The translations under genes were made by a program, and so were the position numbers. The notes beneath the pieces are model-generated. The model was not told the origin of the DNA. It saw only the letters and a program-made list of their open reading frames with translations, and did no database searches. Below, piece by piece: positions 18,965-27,806 of a DNA stretch of 38,985 bases. Source of the DNA: Bacteroidia bacterium (GTDB taxonomy: Bacteria > Bacteroidota > Bacteroidia > Cytophagales > Cyclobacteriaceae); contig JAENVX010000083.1 of assembly GCA_016650355.1 (NCBI GenBank), forward strand, positions 1 to 38,985, written 5' to 3'. The number at the start of each line of letters is the position of its first letter. The first letter of the stretch is position 1.

Positions 18965-19876
18965 TCATCTATAGCCCCACTTTTTCATAATTTTAAGGTC
19001 TTCTTTCATGCATTCCAACGGAGTCTTGCCTTGATACGATTCCTGCTCAATTATAAAATGAATAGTACCTCCTGATTTGCGACCCAGATCGATTACTTCT
19101 TTTACACCCACAATGCCAACGCCAAGAATTGTGCTCTCATATTTTTCGTGACCACCAGACGCAACAATTTCATCCTTTACATGCATGGACTCAAAACGAC
19201 CCGGATATTGGCGAACAATGTCAATTGCTTTCGCGCCTCCGTTATATAAGTTGCCAATATCTAACTGCTGCATCACCAAAGAGGGATCGGTACTCTGAAG
19301 AATAATATCATAGACAGTTTTGTCATTCAACTTCTGACTAAATTCAAAATCATGGTTGTGATACCCAAACTTCATTCCCGACTTTTTACATAACTCCCCG
19401 CTCTTATTGAAGATATCCATTTGCTTTTTCAGTCCATCGTAGGTCTTGCGCAAACTCTCCTCCAAGGAAGGGCTAATTACAAATTGTTGTCCTAGTGTGG
19501 CAGCATCTTCAACCGTATATTTCCAAGCATCCGTAAAGTCATTCTTTGCTTCATCCCAATGCTTCTTACCAAGCACGGTGTGGCCGCTCGGCATTTTCAT
19601 TCCCAGATCATCCAACACTTTTTTGAATTCCTTAGCAGAATAAGTATAAAACTTTCGGTCTACATAGTTTGCGTGCTCCACATTCTTGTAACCCATTTCG
19701 GCCAATTGCTTTAACGTACCAAGCGGATCTGTTTTCATCTCTTCGCGAACGCAATAGAGTTGCAGACCTAATAACTCCTTACCTCCCTTTGCAGCGAATA
19801 AAGAGTGTGACAAAATAGAAGTACTGGCCAGTGCCAATGCTCCTTTCTTAAGAAAATCTCTCCGCGATGTATTCAT
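18965..19876 (-). CDS. Tat-exported sugar phosphate isomerase/epimerase (xylose isomerase-like TIM barrel)
   Basis: SRRDFLK twin-arginine signal; GLQLY, YHNHDFEF, HVKD, IIEQE. Confidence 0.88.
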   Translation of the reverse strand: MNTSRRDFLKKGALALASTSILSHSLFAAKGGKELLGLQLYCVREEMKTDPLGTLKQLAEMGYKNVEHANYVDRKFYTYSAKEFKKVLDDLGMKMPSGHTVLGKKHWDEAKNDFTDAWKYTVEDAATLGQQFVISPSLEESLRKTYDGLKKQMDIFNKSGELCKKSGMKFGYHNHDFEFSQKLNDKTVYDIILQSTDPSLVMQQLDIGNLYNGGAKAIDIVRQYPGRFESMHVKDEIVASGGHEKYESTILGVGIVGVKEVIDLGRKSGGTIHFIIEQESYQGKTPLECMKEDLKIMKKWGYR

Positions 19877-19965
19877 GACTTAAAATAGATTTAATATATT
19901 ATATGGAAGATCATTAAAAAGATGCACTAAAAAAAGCTCTTTTTTATAATGGCCAGCCATGTATT

Positions 19966-19995
19966 GTAAACGGTCAGAATAACGAGACGAAATGT
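19966..19995 (-). promoter_or_regulatory. Candidate LytTR-type binding site (9-12-9 imperfect direct repeat)
   Basis: Minus strand ACATTTCGT-N12-ACCGTTTAC, about 90 nt upstream of the isomerase start. Confidence 0.4.
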
Positions 19996-20016
19996 GGGAA
20001 TGGAGCAATTTCCTTA

Positions 20017-21072
20017 TTAGATGCCCTCATCAATAAGAAAATGGCGTTTCAATTTATCTCCGCCCTTACCATCCATAAGAATGATGAGATAGTCTCCAAC
20101 CTCAACTTTAATGTCACCATCCGGGTTTTTCATCAACTTCCTTACACTACCAGTAACTTTTACAATTCCGAATAGAACCACATTGCAATGCTTCTTAAGA
20201 TCAAAGAACACTTTTTCATAAAAAATACCCGCAAACGGGTTGTTCGCCTTTACCATGATTTGCTTCATGTCATACTCATCATCTTGATGTGCGTAGGCTA
20301 TGATCTCTTCCGTTAAAATAGCAACATCCGGCTCGTAGATGTAGCTGGCCAAAAGTTTAGAAGAAATCTCATTTTTAGAAATGGCATAAGTGACACCGGC
20401 TGCATGAAACGTGTTCTTAAGATTTCCGTTATCCAGTGTAACAACATAATTAAGATCAGCAAAATGCTTTTTTAAATTAATTACGTAAACGAGCTTTTCG
20501 GTATCATCATTCATGTTTACGAACACTACAGAGGCCTCCCTGATGTTCGCCTTTTCAAGCATTTCGAAATTGTTAAAGTCAGCGTAAAGCGTAAATATTT
20601 TGTCGAGATCATGGTATTCTTTAATAATATCTATGCTAGACCTGTCCTTGGTTACAATAGCTATTTCTCTGCCGGCTCCTGCCAGGTGGCCTATAACTGA
20701 ATGGCTAAATTCATTCCAGCCTATAATCACTACATGGTTTTTAAAATTGGTGCCATTAAGACCAAGTTCTTTTCGCTCTTTTATTGTATTCATAAAATTT
20801 GTTATCTGACTTATGATAAAACCATAAATACCTAAACTGGATAACATGACCACGAAACCCAATGTTCGACCCCAGTAAGTTACTGGAATAACATCTCCAT
20901 AACCAACGGTTGTAATTGTGGCCACAACGTACCAAAGCCCATCCTGCCAACTATGCATCTTGGAGTCCGGCACATCAGACTCTATTCGATGCAAAAGAAG
21001 AATGATTACTCCATAAAAGAGCACTAAGCCAATAAGGGAATAAACTAATCTTTTGCTGTCTGTTTTCTTCAC
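20017..21072 (-). CDS. Two-TM potassium channel with RCK (TrkA-N/TrkA-C) domains, MthK-like
   Basis: TITTVGYGD selectivity filter; HVVIIGWN RCK start. Confidence 0.92.
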   Translation of the reverse strand: MKKTDSKRLVYSLIGLVLFYGVIILLLHRIESDVPDSKMHSWQDGLWYVVATITTVGYGDVIPVTYWGRTLGFVVMLSSLGIYGFIISQITNFMNTIKERKELGLNGTNFKNHVVIIGWNEFSHSVIGHLAGAGREIAIVTKDRSSIDIIKEYHDLDKIFTLYADFNNFEMLEKANIREASVVFVNMNDDTEKLVYVINLKKHFADLNYVVTLDNGNLKNTFHAAGVTYAISKNEISSKLLASYIYEPDVAILTEEIIAYAHQDDEYDMKQIMVKANNPFAGIFYEKVFFDLKKHCNVVLFGIVKVTGSVRKLMKNPDGDIKVEVGDYLIILMDGKGGDKLKRHFLIDEGI

Positions 21073-21082
21073 ATCCTTAAAA

Positions 21083-21090
21083 CAAAGTTA
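21083..21090 (-). promoter_or_regulatory. -7 promoter element (TAACTTTG) for the K+ channel
   Basis: Exact TAnnTTTG 10 nt upstream of the GTG start. Confidence 0.55.
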
Positions 21091-21140
21091 AATAAGATAA
21101 AAAAAACATTAAATAAAAATTCCATATGAAGAATACAAGT

Positions 21141-21587
21141 TCATTTGGAGCACCCAGCAAGCACAGACGAAACCTCCTTTACCTCCACCGCCTCGCGTTG
21201 ACCGCCCCAGGCATTGTAGATATAGGTAACTATTTCAGCTATCTCAAGATCGGTAAGCTTGGTGATTCCTTTCATGGCCATGTTGTATTGGGTACCATTG
21301 ACAATAAGTTCCCCTTCCTTCCCATTTTTAATTAGGCATATCACCTCCTCAAAATGATTATCCAAAAAATCTGATTTGGCTATGGGGGGATAAAGGCGCC
21401 CAAGACCGGTACCATTTTTTTGATGGCAGTTACTACAGTTTACCTCATATAGTACTTTGCCCTGCACAAAATACTGATCAGATTTTGTCGCTTTCTTATG
21501 TTCTTTTGACGTACAAGAAAAAACTGCGGCTACCACTATGTTGCAACAAACAATAAATAAAAGTAGTTGAGAGTACTTACTGCACAT
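21141..21587 (-). CDS. Monoheme c-type cytochrome, probable lipoprotein
   Basis: FSC lipobox, CSNCH heme motif, YPPIA, YNMAM axial Met, YIYNAWG. Confidence 0.9.
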   Translation of the reverse strand: MCSKYSQLLLFIVCCNIVVAAVFSCTSKEHKKATKSDQYFVQGKVLYEVNCSNCHQKNGTGLGRLYPPIAKSDFLDNHFEEVICLIKNGKEGELIVNGTQYNMAMKGITKLTDLEIAEIVTYIYNAWGGQREAVEVKEVSSVLAGCSK

Positions 21588-22188
21588 ACTCCGCCTCTAG
21601 CCGCTCAATGTCAGCAATTAATCTATTTACATCCTCCTCTTTTGTTCCATCATACTTTCCTCTAATTCGGCCTTCCTTATCAACTAACAAAAAAGCGCCA
21701 CTGTGTATAAATCCATCCGGTTCAGTTTTATCCTCCAGGGCGGTTGCAAAATAGCTTGTTTGTGCAATCTTATAGATTGAATCTTTCACGCCTGTTACAA
21801 AATGCCACTTCTTGCTTTCCACACCCAATCGTTCAGCAAAATCGTGAAGTAATGGTACAGTATCATATTCGGGATCGATGGTGTGTGAAAGAATCAGCAC
21901 ATCGGACTTATTTTTAATCGTGTCGTAAACTCGCAACATCTGTGTTTTCATGATGGGGCATATGCTACGGCAAGAAGTAAAGAAAAAATCGGTTACATAA
22001 ATTTTGTTTTCGAAAGTGGAGTTCGTGACTATAGCGCTGTCTTGGTTCACAAATTCAAAATGAGCTATCGTGTGATAAACAGTATCCTGCCCGTCAATAT
22101 TTCGCTCACCAAAAATGGGTAATGGCTTTTCCTTTGTCGCGCAGTTGCAGAGAAATAGGGCGAACGGAAAAAAAATAATATATCTCAT
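21577..22188 (-). CDS. SCO1/SenC copper chaperone
   Basis: DFFFTSCRSICP (CxxxC), IDPEYD, HSGAFLLVD. Confidence 0.93.
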   Translation of the reverse strand: MRYIIFFPFALFLCNCATKEKPLPIFGERNIDGQDTVYHTIAHFEFVNQDSAIVTNSTFENKIYVTDFFFTSCRSICPIMKTQMLRVYDTIKNKSDVLILSHTIDPEYDTVPLLHDFAERLGVESKKWHFVTGVKDSIYKIAQTSYFATALEDKTEPDGFIHSGAFLLVDKEGRIRGKYDGTKEEDVNRLIADIERLEAEYVQ

Positions 22189-23021
22189 AGTTGTTGATTC
22201 TTAAAGTCAATCATCTCAATTAGATCACCTTCGTAAACTTCCCCACTACTCCTGGCTACTAAATTCTCGCCAAAACAAACTTTGCCATTTACATTCCGAT
22301 AAGTAGAAAGGGTTCTCAATGGCTCAACTCCCTTCTCCGCAGTTTCAGGATTCACGGTAGTTAGAACACAACGTGAACATGGCTTAACGCCTTCAAAGGT
22401 AACTGAACCGACCTTTAAATTCTTCCAGGTGTCTTCCTCATGAGGCAAACCTCCTGTAAACACAAAATTGGGTCGAAATCTCTTTATGGTAACTGGATCA
22501 GCTAGCTTCTTGTTTAACCCGTCTAAAGATGATTGCCCGATAATCAAGAAGGGATAGCCATCTGCAAGACTTACTTGTTCATTATTAACAACATAGTTTG
22601 AATCCACATCTCTTCTACTTTTTTCTGGAAAGAAAACGAGACGACAGTCGATGTTAATTTTATCAGAAAACCACGCACTATATGCCGGATCCACCTCAAC
22701 TGCATCAACTTGATCGTCCCAGATTTGAACTTTTAATGAATTTACAGAATGCTCCCTATGTAATTCTATTCTAATTGAAGGCGGTAATCCATTAGCCGTT
22801 GTTTGTCTCCCCACAACTAGGTGGTTGTTGTCAATATTCACACTAAACAAAGCCATCTCTGGATGCTCTCGTTGGGTCAAAAATCTTCCCTTTTCATCAA
22901 CGAGCATCCATCTCCTGTCGTGTTGTAACCCTTTTTGTTGTACAGCCGCTTTCTGTAGTCGTATTCCGGCAAGAGATTTAATGGGATAGATCCATATTTC
23001 ACTTATTCTGCGTTCATTCAT
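22185..23021 (-). CDS. MOSC-domain protein (YcbX/mARC-like)
   Basis: IYPIKSL, DRRWML, LADGYP, RFRPN, KPCSRC, FGEN. Confidence 0.92.
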   Translation of the reverse strand: MNERRISEIWIYPIKSLAGIRLQKAAVQQKGLQHDRRWMLVDEKGRFLTQREHPEMALFSVNIDNNHLVVGRQTTANGLPPSIRIELHREHSVNSLKVQIWDDQVDAVEVDPAYSAWFSDKINIDCRLVFFPEKSRRDVDSNYVVNNEQVSLADGYPFLIIGQSSLDGLNKKLADPVTIKRFRPNFVFTGGLPHEEDTWKNLKVGSVTFEGVKPCSRCVLTTVNPETAEKGVEPLRTLSTYRNVNGKVCFGENLVARSSGEVYEGDLIEMIDFKNQQL

Positions 23022-23070
23022 GAACTTTCCGCCTCAATTTTTTGCTAACTTAACAAGGATTTGTGTAACC

Positions 23071-23751
23071 ATGAATAATACCGCTGCTCTTTGGTTTTTT
23101 GAAAGCGTAAATCTTTATAATACGCTATGCCCGCATAAAGTGAAAACGATGGAGGGCAAGCATACTTATAACTATTACAAAAAAGATCAGTTCATATATT
23201 TTCCTGAAGATGCAGCTCAGGAAATTTTCATGGTTGTAAATGGAAGGGTAAAAATTGGTAACTATCTAGAAGATGGAAAGGAAGTGGTAACCGCCATTCT
23301 TTCCACCGGAGAAATTTTTGGTGAATTAGCCTTGGCAGGAGAAAATAAACGTAAGGATTTCGCCCAGGCGATGGATGCCAATACAACCATCTGTCCGCTC
23401 GGCATCGATGATCTTAAAGAATTAATGAAGGATAATAAGGAACTCAGCTTTAGTCTGTTAAAATTGGTCGGTCTTAGGCTGATGAAGGTGGAGCGTAAAC
23501 TTGAATTGCTTGTTTTTAGAGATGCCCGAACACGCATTGTCGAATTTTTGAAGGATGCCGCATCGTGGAAAGGCAAAAAAGTAGGATTTGAAACGATGAT
23601 CCCAACCAGGCTAACTCACAAAGATATTGCGGCTCTTACTGGCACATCCTGGCAAACCGTAACAACCATCCTTAACGAATTAAAAGAAAAGAATCTGATC
23701 AATTTTGATAGGAAGAAAATACTAATTCGGGATCTAGAGAAACTTGCCTGA
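23071..23751 (+). CDS. Crp/Fnr-family transcriptional regulator with CooA-like recognition helix
   Basis: cNMP-binding-fold segment (GRVKI, GEIFGE) and HTH LTHKDIAALTGTSWQTVTTILN; ATG 23071 preferred. Confidence 0.92.
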   Translation: MNNTAALWFFESVNLYNTLCPHKVKTMEGKHTYNYYKKDQFIYFPEDAAQEIFMVVNGRVKIGNYLEDGKEVVTAILSTGEIFGELALAGENKRKDFAQAMDANTTICPLGIDDLKELMKDNKELSFSLLKLVGLRLMKVERKLELLVFRDARTRIVEFLKDAASWKGKKVGFETMIPTRLTHKDIAALTGTSWQTVTTILNELKEKNLINFDRKKILIRDLEKLA

Positions 23752-24357
23752 GTGTAGCAAATCCGCTTCGGTGTCAACATCCGTTAACTTTTCCAGCGCG
23801 ACAAAATTCAATTTTAGATTTCTGAAATCCTTTAAGGTATCCTCGAAAACAGAAACTGTACTCCAGGTTTTATTTTTGAAAACTTCCGTATGAAGTTTAT
23901 TCATACCCAGCAGGTAATAACCACCATCTTCCGTGGGGCCAATAATAGCATCGTGGTTTATTAATTGACTAAAAGCTTCTTCTAGAATATCTGATGATAG
24001 TTCCAGACAATCCGTGCCAATAATACAGGCAGATTTATAACCATCCGCAAAGGCGCTCAAGAATGCATTATGCATTCTTTCTCCCAAATTATTGCCCCGT
24101 TGAACTTTCTTCTGGAAAATTATATTTGGCCAATGGTCTTCGGTGTCCGCAAACTGGGAATAGAAGACTACTTTATCCACGGTCAAGTTCTCTGTAATGT
24201 CGCGCGTGTACGAAGAAAGTTTTATATAAATAGCCAAGGCCTTTTCATCACCCAGCGTTTCAGCCAATCGCGTTTTAACTTTTCCTAGCTCAGGATTACG
24301 ATAAAAAATGATTAGCAATGATTTACTTTTGGTATTATTCGCAAGGGGCTTTGCCAT
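23734..24357 (-). CDS. TIGR04282/DUF2064 CofC-like transferase (arsenosugar-cluster-associated)
   Basis: PELGKVKTRLA, QRGNNLGERM, IGTDC, GPTEDGGYYLLG, DVDTEAD. Confidence 0.88.
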   Translation of the reverse strand: MAKPLANNTKSKSLLIIFYRNPELGKVKTRLAETLGDEKALAIYIKLSSYTRDITENLTVDKVVFYSQFADTEDHWPNIIFQKKVQRGNNLGERMHNAFLSAFADGYKSACIIGTDCLELSSDILEEAFSQLINHDAIIGPTEDGGYYLLGMNKLHTEVFKNKTWSTVSVFEDTLKDFRNLKLNFVALEKLTDVDTEADLLHSGKFL

Positions 24358-24358
24358 T

Positions 24359-24847
24359 TTAGTAGATCTTAACTCCGTGCTCTAACCACTTTGACCAACT
24401 CTTATTATAAGTATGAACACTATCCGTTGGTTGATTGGATTTATTAACAACATTATAACCTTTATTCTTCCATTCAAAAATACCACCATAGATATTCAGA
24501 ACATTATTGTATCCCAATTCAATAAATTTTTCTCCCACTAGTTCACTCCTAACACCTACGCTACAATAGACAATTATAGTCGCGTTCTTGGCTATTCTCT
24601 TAAGATCATCTGTTGAATAGGAATCATAGTCCAAAAGTTGAGCGCCCTTTAAATGGCTCACATTAAACTCTTCTATAGTACGTGTATCGAGCAAAACGAT
24701 GTTTTTATCCTTCATCAACTTTTCTACTTCCACTGGCCTTATTGTCTCAACAGTATTCTTGTAAAGTGATTTTAGTTTTTTATCGAATTCACTCTGGGCT
24801 GATGCGGAATAAGTAATAAAGCTTAATGCAATCAAGAGTGAATTCAT
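24359..24847 (-). CDS. Exported rhodanese-like protein
   Basis: Signal peptide ending ASA-Q from ATG 24847; LLDTR..EF.VSHL.GA, active loop YCSVGVRS, YGGIFEW. Confidence 0.87.
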   Translation of the reverse strand: MNSLLIALSFITYSASAQSEFDKKLKSLYKNTVETIRPVEVEKLMKDKNIVLLDTRTIEEFNVSHLKGAQLLDYDSYSTDDLKRIAKNATIIVYCSVGVRSELVGEKFIELGYNNVLNIYGGIFEWKNKGYNVVNKSNQPTDSVHTYNKSWSKWLEHGVKIY

Positions 24848-24884
24848 TAAGAAAACCCAAACACGACCTGACACAAATCTTACA

Positions 24885-26273
24885 TCATGATATACTTTTT
24901 TCATCTACTTTCCTTGGCGCAATTAATTCATATGCAAGGTAGCCAAACACCAATACATATTGTATGGCGGTGAACCAAAGGTTTTCCTCAAATCCATCTG
25001 CTCTGTAATTAGCGTAGGTTATAAAAATCAAAGCAGACCATAGTAACGCAAATCGGTATCTACCAAAGACAGAGAAAGCCACCAAGGTGGTAATATACCA
25101 GGGGTGAACAATCGTTGAAAATGCGAAGTAGATAAAAAGTACAAATAGTGATGATGTCAGCAGTTGTGAGTCTATCTCCTTGAGTCCAACAGAAATAGTT
25201 GACAGTTTTTCGAATATGGATTTTAAACTATAGCTTTTAATCCCCTCCAATAAAGTATAGAATAATATCAATAACGCACTGTACATGGCAAGTCTCCATC
25301 CTACCGTTTGGATAATGTTATACCCATATTTCCAGAAGCCCCATTCTCTAATGATATAATAAATGCTTGCATTGAATTCGAACTTTTTAAAATAATATCC
25401 AATGCTTTCGCGGAAGCCTGAGATAATATCAATACTAAGCAACGGTAAAAATAGCAACATGCAACAAAATGCGGTAATGGCATAAAATTGAAGTGATCTC
25501 TTAAGGCCAAGTCTGGTCAAAAGAAGCGGAAGAAAAATGATTGGGATTAGTTTGGAGCAAATCGCTAAGCCAAAGTTAAGAGCTGAACCCCACAGCTTTC
25601 CTTTTATCAAAAACAAAAAACTAGCCAACAAGAAAAATATCATGAACGCTTCGAAATGCAAATTACCAGTCAGCTCAAGAATGATCAACGGATTTAACGC
25701 ATATAGAAGCACATTCTTAGCGGGAAGGTCGTAATGCTTTAGGATTTTCCGAATCATTAACAGGCTTCCCACTTCAGCAGCAATTATTAGGGAACGAATA
25801 ACGACTACACTTCCTAAGATTGATTGCGGAGAGATTTTCGCTGAAAGCCAAAAAACAAATTGATTGACAGGTGGATAGATGGTAAAGTAATCCGGACTAT
25901 TCAGCAATTTGAAAAGCTCGTTGTTTATGCCCGGAATGTTTGCTTTGTTTTCAATATAATATCGAGGCAACTCTGCAAAAGGATGATATCCAGCTGCCAA
26001 CAAACGGCCATCCCAAATGAAACGGTAAAAATCATCCGAAAGATTCGGCAGGGCCAACAATAAGCTTGCTCTAAATCCAATTGAAACAGCAATCCAAAAT
26101 GATACTTCATAATCATCTATAGATCTGACGATCCATAGGTAAATCAAAAACAAAATAGTCAGACAAATAATAAGTGTTAACGTCTCGTGGCGCATAACAC
26201 TATACTCCACAAATACATACAGTAATCCTGTAAATAAAAGTAACAGCCAGGATAGCGGCTTTATCCTAGGCAT
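24885..26273 (-). CDS. Polytopic GT-C fold glycosyltransferase (GT87/MptB-like)
   Basis: Many TM helices; LSDDFYRFIWDG, TIYPP, YALNPL..LE..GNLHFE, VHPWY. Confidence 0.78.
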   Translation of the reverse strand: MPRIKPLSWLLLLFTGLLYVFVEYSVMRHETLTLIICLTILFLIYLWIVRSIDDYEVSFWIAVSIGFRASLLLALPNLSDDFYRFIWDGRLLAAGYHPFAELPRYYIENKANIPGINNELFKLLNSPDYFTIYPPVNQFVFWLSAKISPQSILGSVVVIRSLIIAAEVGSLLMIRKILKHYDLPAKNVLLYALNPLIILELTGNLHFEAFMIFFLLASFLFLIKGKLWGSALNFGLAICSKLIPIIFLPLLLTRLGLKRSLQFYAITAFCCMLLFLPLLSIDIISGFRESIGYYFKKFEFNASIYYIIREWGFWKYGYNIIQTVGWRLAMYSALLILFYTLLEGIKSYSLKSIFEKLSTISVGLKEIDSQLLTSSLFVLFIYFAFSTIVHPWYITTLVAFSVFGRYRFALLWSALIFITYANYRADGFEENLWFTAIQYVLVFGYLAYELIAPRKVDEKSIS

Positions 26274-27720
26274 GGAAAGCCGGTCTTATTGAATAATAAA
26301 ATACTCCGCCAAAACCTAACGCAAGCATGGCATGAAAAAGGAGTAGGCCACCATCGTGCATTTGAAGGCCGGCAAAAATTCCAAAAACGAAATACAAGCA
26401 CAAAATCCCTTCAAAAATTGTGAGCCAATGTATCTTTGTTGTGATATAGCTGTTCTCTCTCCACGTTTCGCCTTTCGCCACATTAAATTTGGGGGTACGG
26501 ATAAACGGAGTTTTCCTTCCAATCAGGCCTTCCAGAACAGCCAATCCGTTGTGAAGTGACAATCCCATCGATACGATCAAAAAACGAGGATAAAGTGAGA
26601 AAAATGTCTTACCGGGTTTGCTAGTGTAAAAACGCCTTGTTGCTATCCAATAAAATAAAGTGATCGACATAAATCCGATCAGGAAAATAATGCCAAGATC
26701 AAACAACCATTCAATTTTCGGGTGCGATTGTTTAATGTACAACATGGGTATGCTTAACAAAGCGGCAATCAGTAAACAAATAAAAACTGAACTATTAAAA
26801 AGGTGAAAGAATGCGTGAATTTTGTTTTTTACAGGAAGGCTAGACCTTAATACATTTCCAAAATTTTTCCGTGCTGTTTCAGCAGCTCCTTTGTTCCAAC
26901 GATACTGTTGCGACTTAATTGCAGGCATGATGATCGGAAGTTCACCAGGTGTCGATACGTTTTCAAGATATTTGAACTTCCAATTTTTAAGTTGAGCACG
27001 ATAGCTCAGATCGAGATCTTCCGTTAGCGTATCATGGCTCCAGCCGCCAGCATCCTCAATGCATTTTTTCCGCCATACTCCGCATGTACCATTGAAGTTG
27101 ATAAAGCTTCCCGCTGCGTTACGTGCACTTTGCTCAATTGAAAAATGTGCATCCAATCCAAAAGCTTGAAGCTGCGTTAGCAATGAATAATCCCTATTTA
27201 TATGACCCCATCGAGTTTGCACTACGCCTACATTCGAATCAGTAAAATAGGGTAATGTGTTTAACAAGAAATCAGGCTCAGGAATAAAATCCGCATCGAA
27301 GATTGCAATAAACTCACCTTTCACAAAATGCATTCCATGATCAAGGGCGCCCGCTTTGAAACCTATTCTATTTTCGCGATACACGAGTTTAATATCAAGA
27401 CCAAGTGGACGGAGGAGTTCAATTTTCTTAATAATGATTGTTGTTGTTTCATCCGTAGAGTCATCCAATATCTGAATCTCTAATTTGTCCTTTGGGTAAT
27501 TAAATTTACTGACAGCTTCAAGCAAACGCTCTACAACATACTTTTCGTTATATATTGGAAGTTGCACCGTAACATTCGGGAAACCATTCAACAGCTCTGG
27601 CGTTGGTGCTATTTCCTTTTCTCTTTTTATGTAAATCCAGGTGAGGTGAAGTTGTCCAAGGCTAAACAGGAAGATGTAGAGAAGGGATAAAGAATACAAT
27701 ATGGTTATCGCAAGCGTCAT
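26266..27720 (-). CDS. Processive GT2 glycosyltransferase (cellulose synthase/CslA-like)
   Basis: LDDSTD, KAGAL, FDADF, TEDLD, QQYRW (D,D,D,QxxRW) plus C-terminal TM helices. Confidence 0.9.
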   Translation of the reverse strand: MTLAITILYSLSLLYIFLFSLGQLHLTWIYIKREKEIAPTPELLNGFPNVTVQLPIYNEKYVVERLLEAVSKFNYPKDKLEIQILDDSTDETTTIIIKKIELLRPLGLDIKLVYRENRIGFKAGALDHGMHFVKGEFIAIFDADFIPEPDFLLNTLPYFTDSNVGVVQTRWGHINRDYSLLTQLQAFGLDAHFSIEQSARNAAGSFINFNGTCGVWRKKCIEDAGGWSHDTLTEDLDLSYRAQLKNWKFKYLENVSTPGELPIIMPAIKSQQYRWNKGAAETARKNFGNVLRSSLPVKNKIHAFFHLFNSSVFICLLIAALLSIPMLYIKQSHPKIEWLFDLGIIFLIGFMSITLFYWIATRRFYTSKPGKTFFSLYPRFLIVSMGLSLHNGLAVLEGLIGRKTPFIRTPKFNVAKGETWRENSYITTKIHWLTIFEGILCLYFVFGIFAGLQMHDGGLLLFHAMLALGFGGVFYYSIRPAFHA

Positions 27721-27806
27721 GAATAGTCGTTAATACTTAGCCATAAATAGAAGAGCTAATTGTTGATTTCCAATTTTGCATTTTCAGCAATTATCATTAC
27801 TAATGA

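Noticed and set aside
19929-19945. AAAAAAAG-CT-CTTTTTT as terminator for the K+ channel gene
   Set aside because: The stem is almost all A-T with a 2-nt loop, too weak to call.
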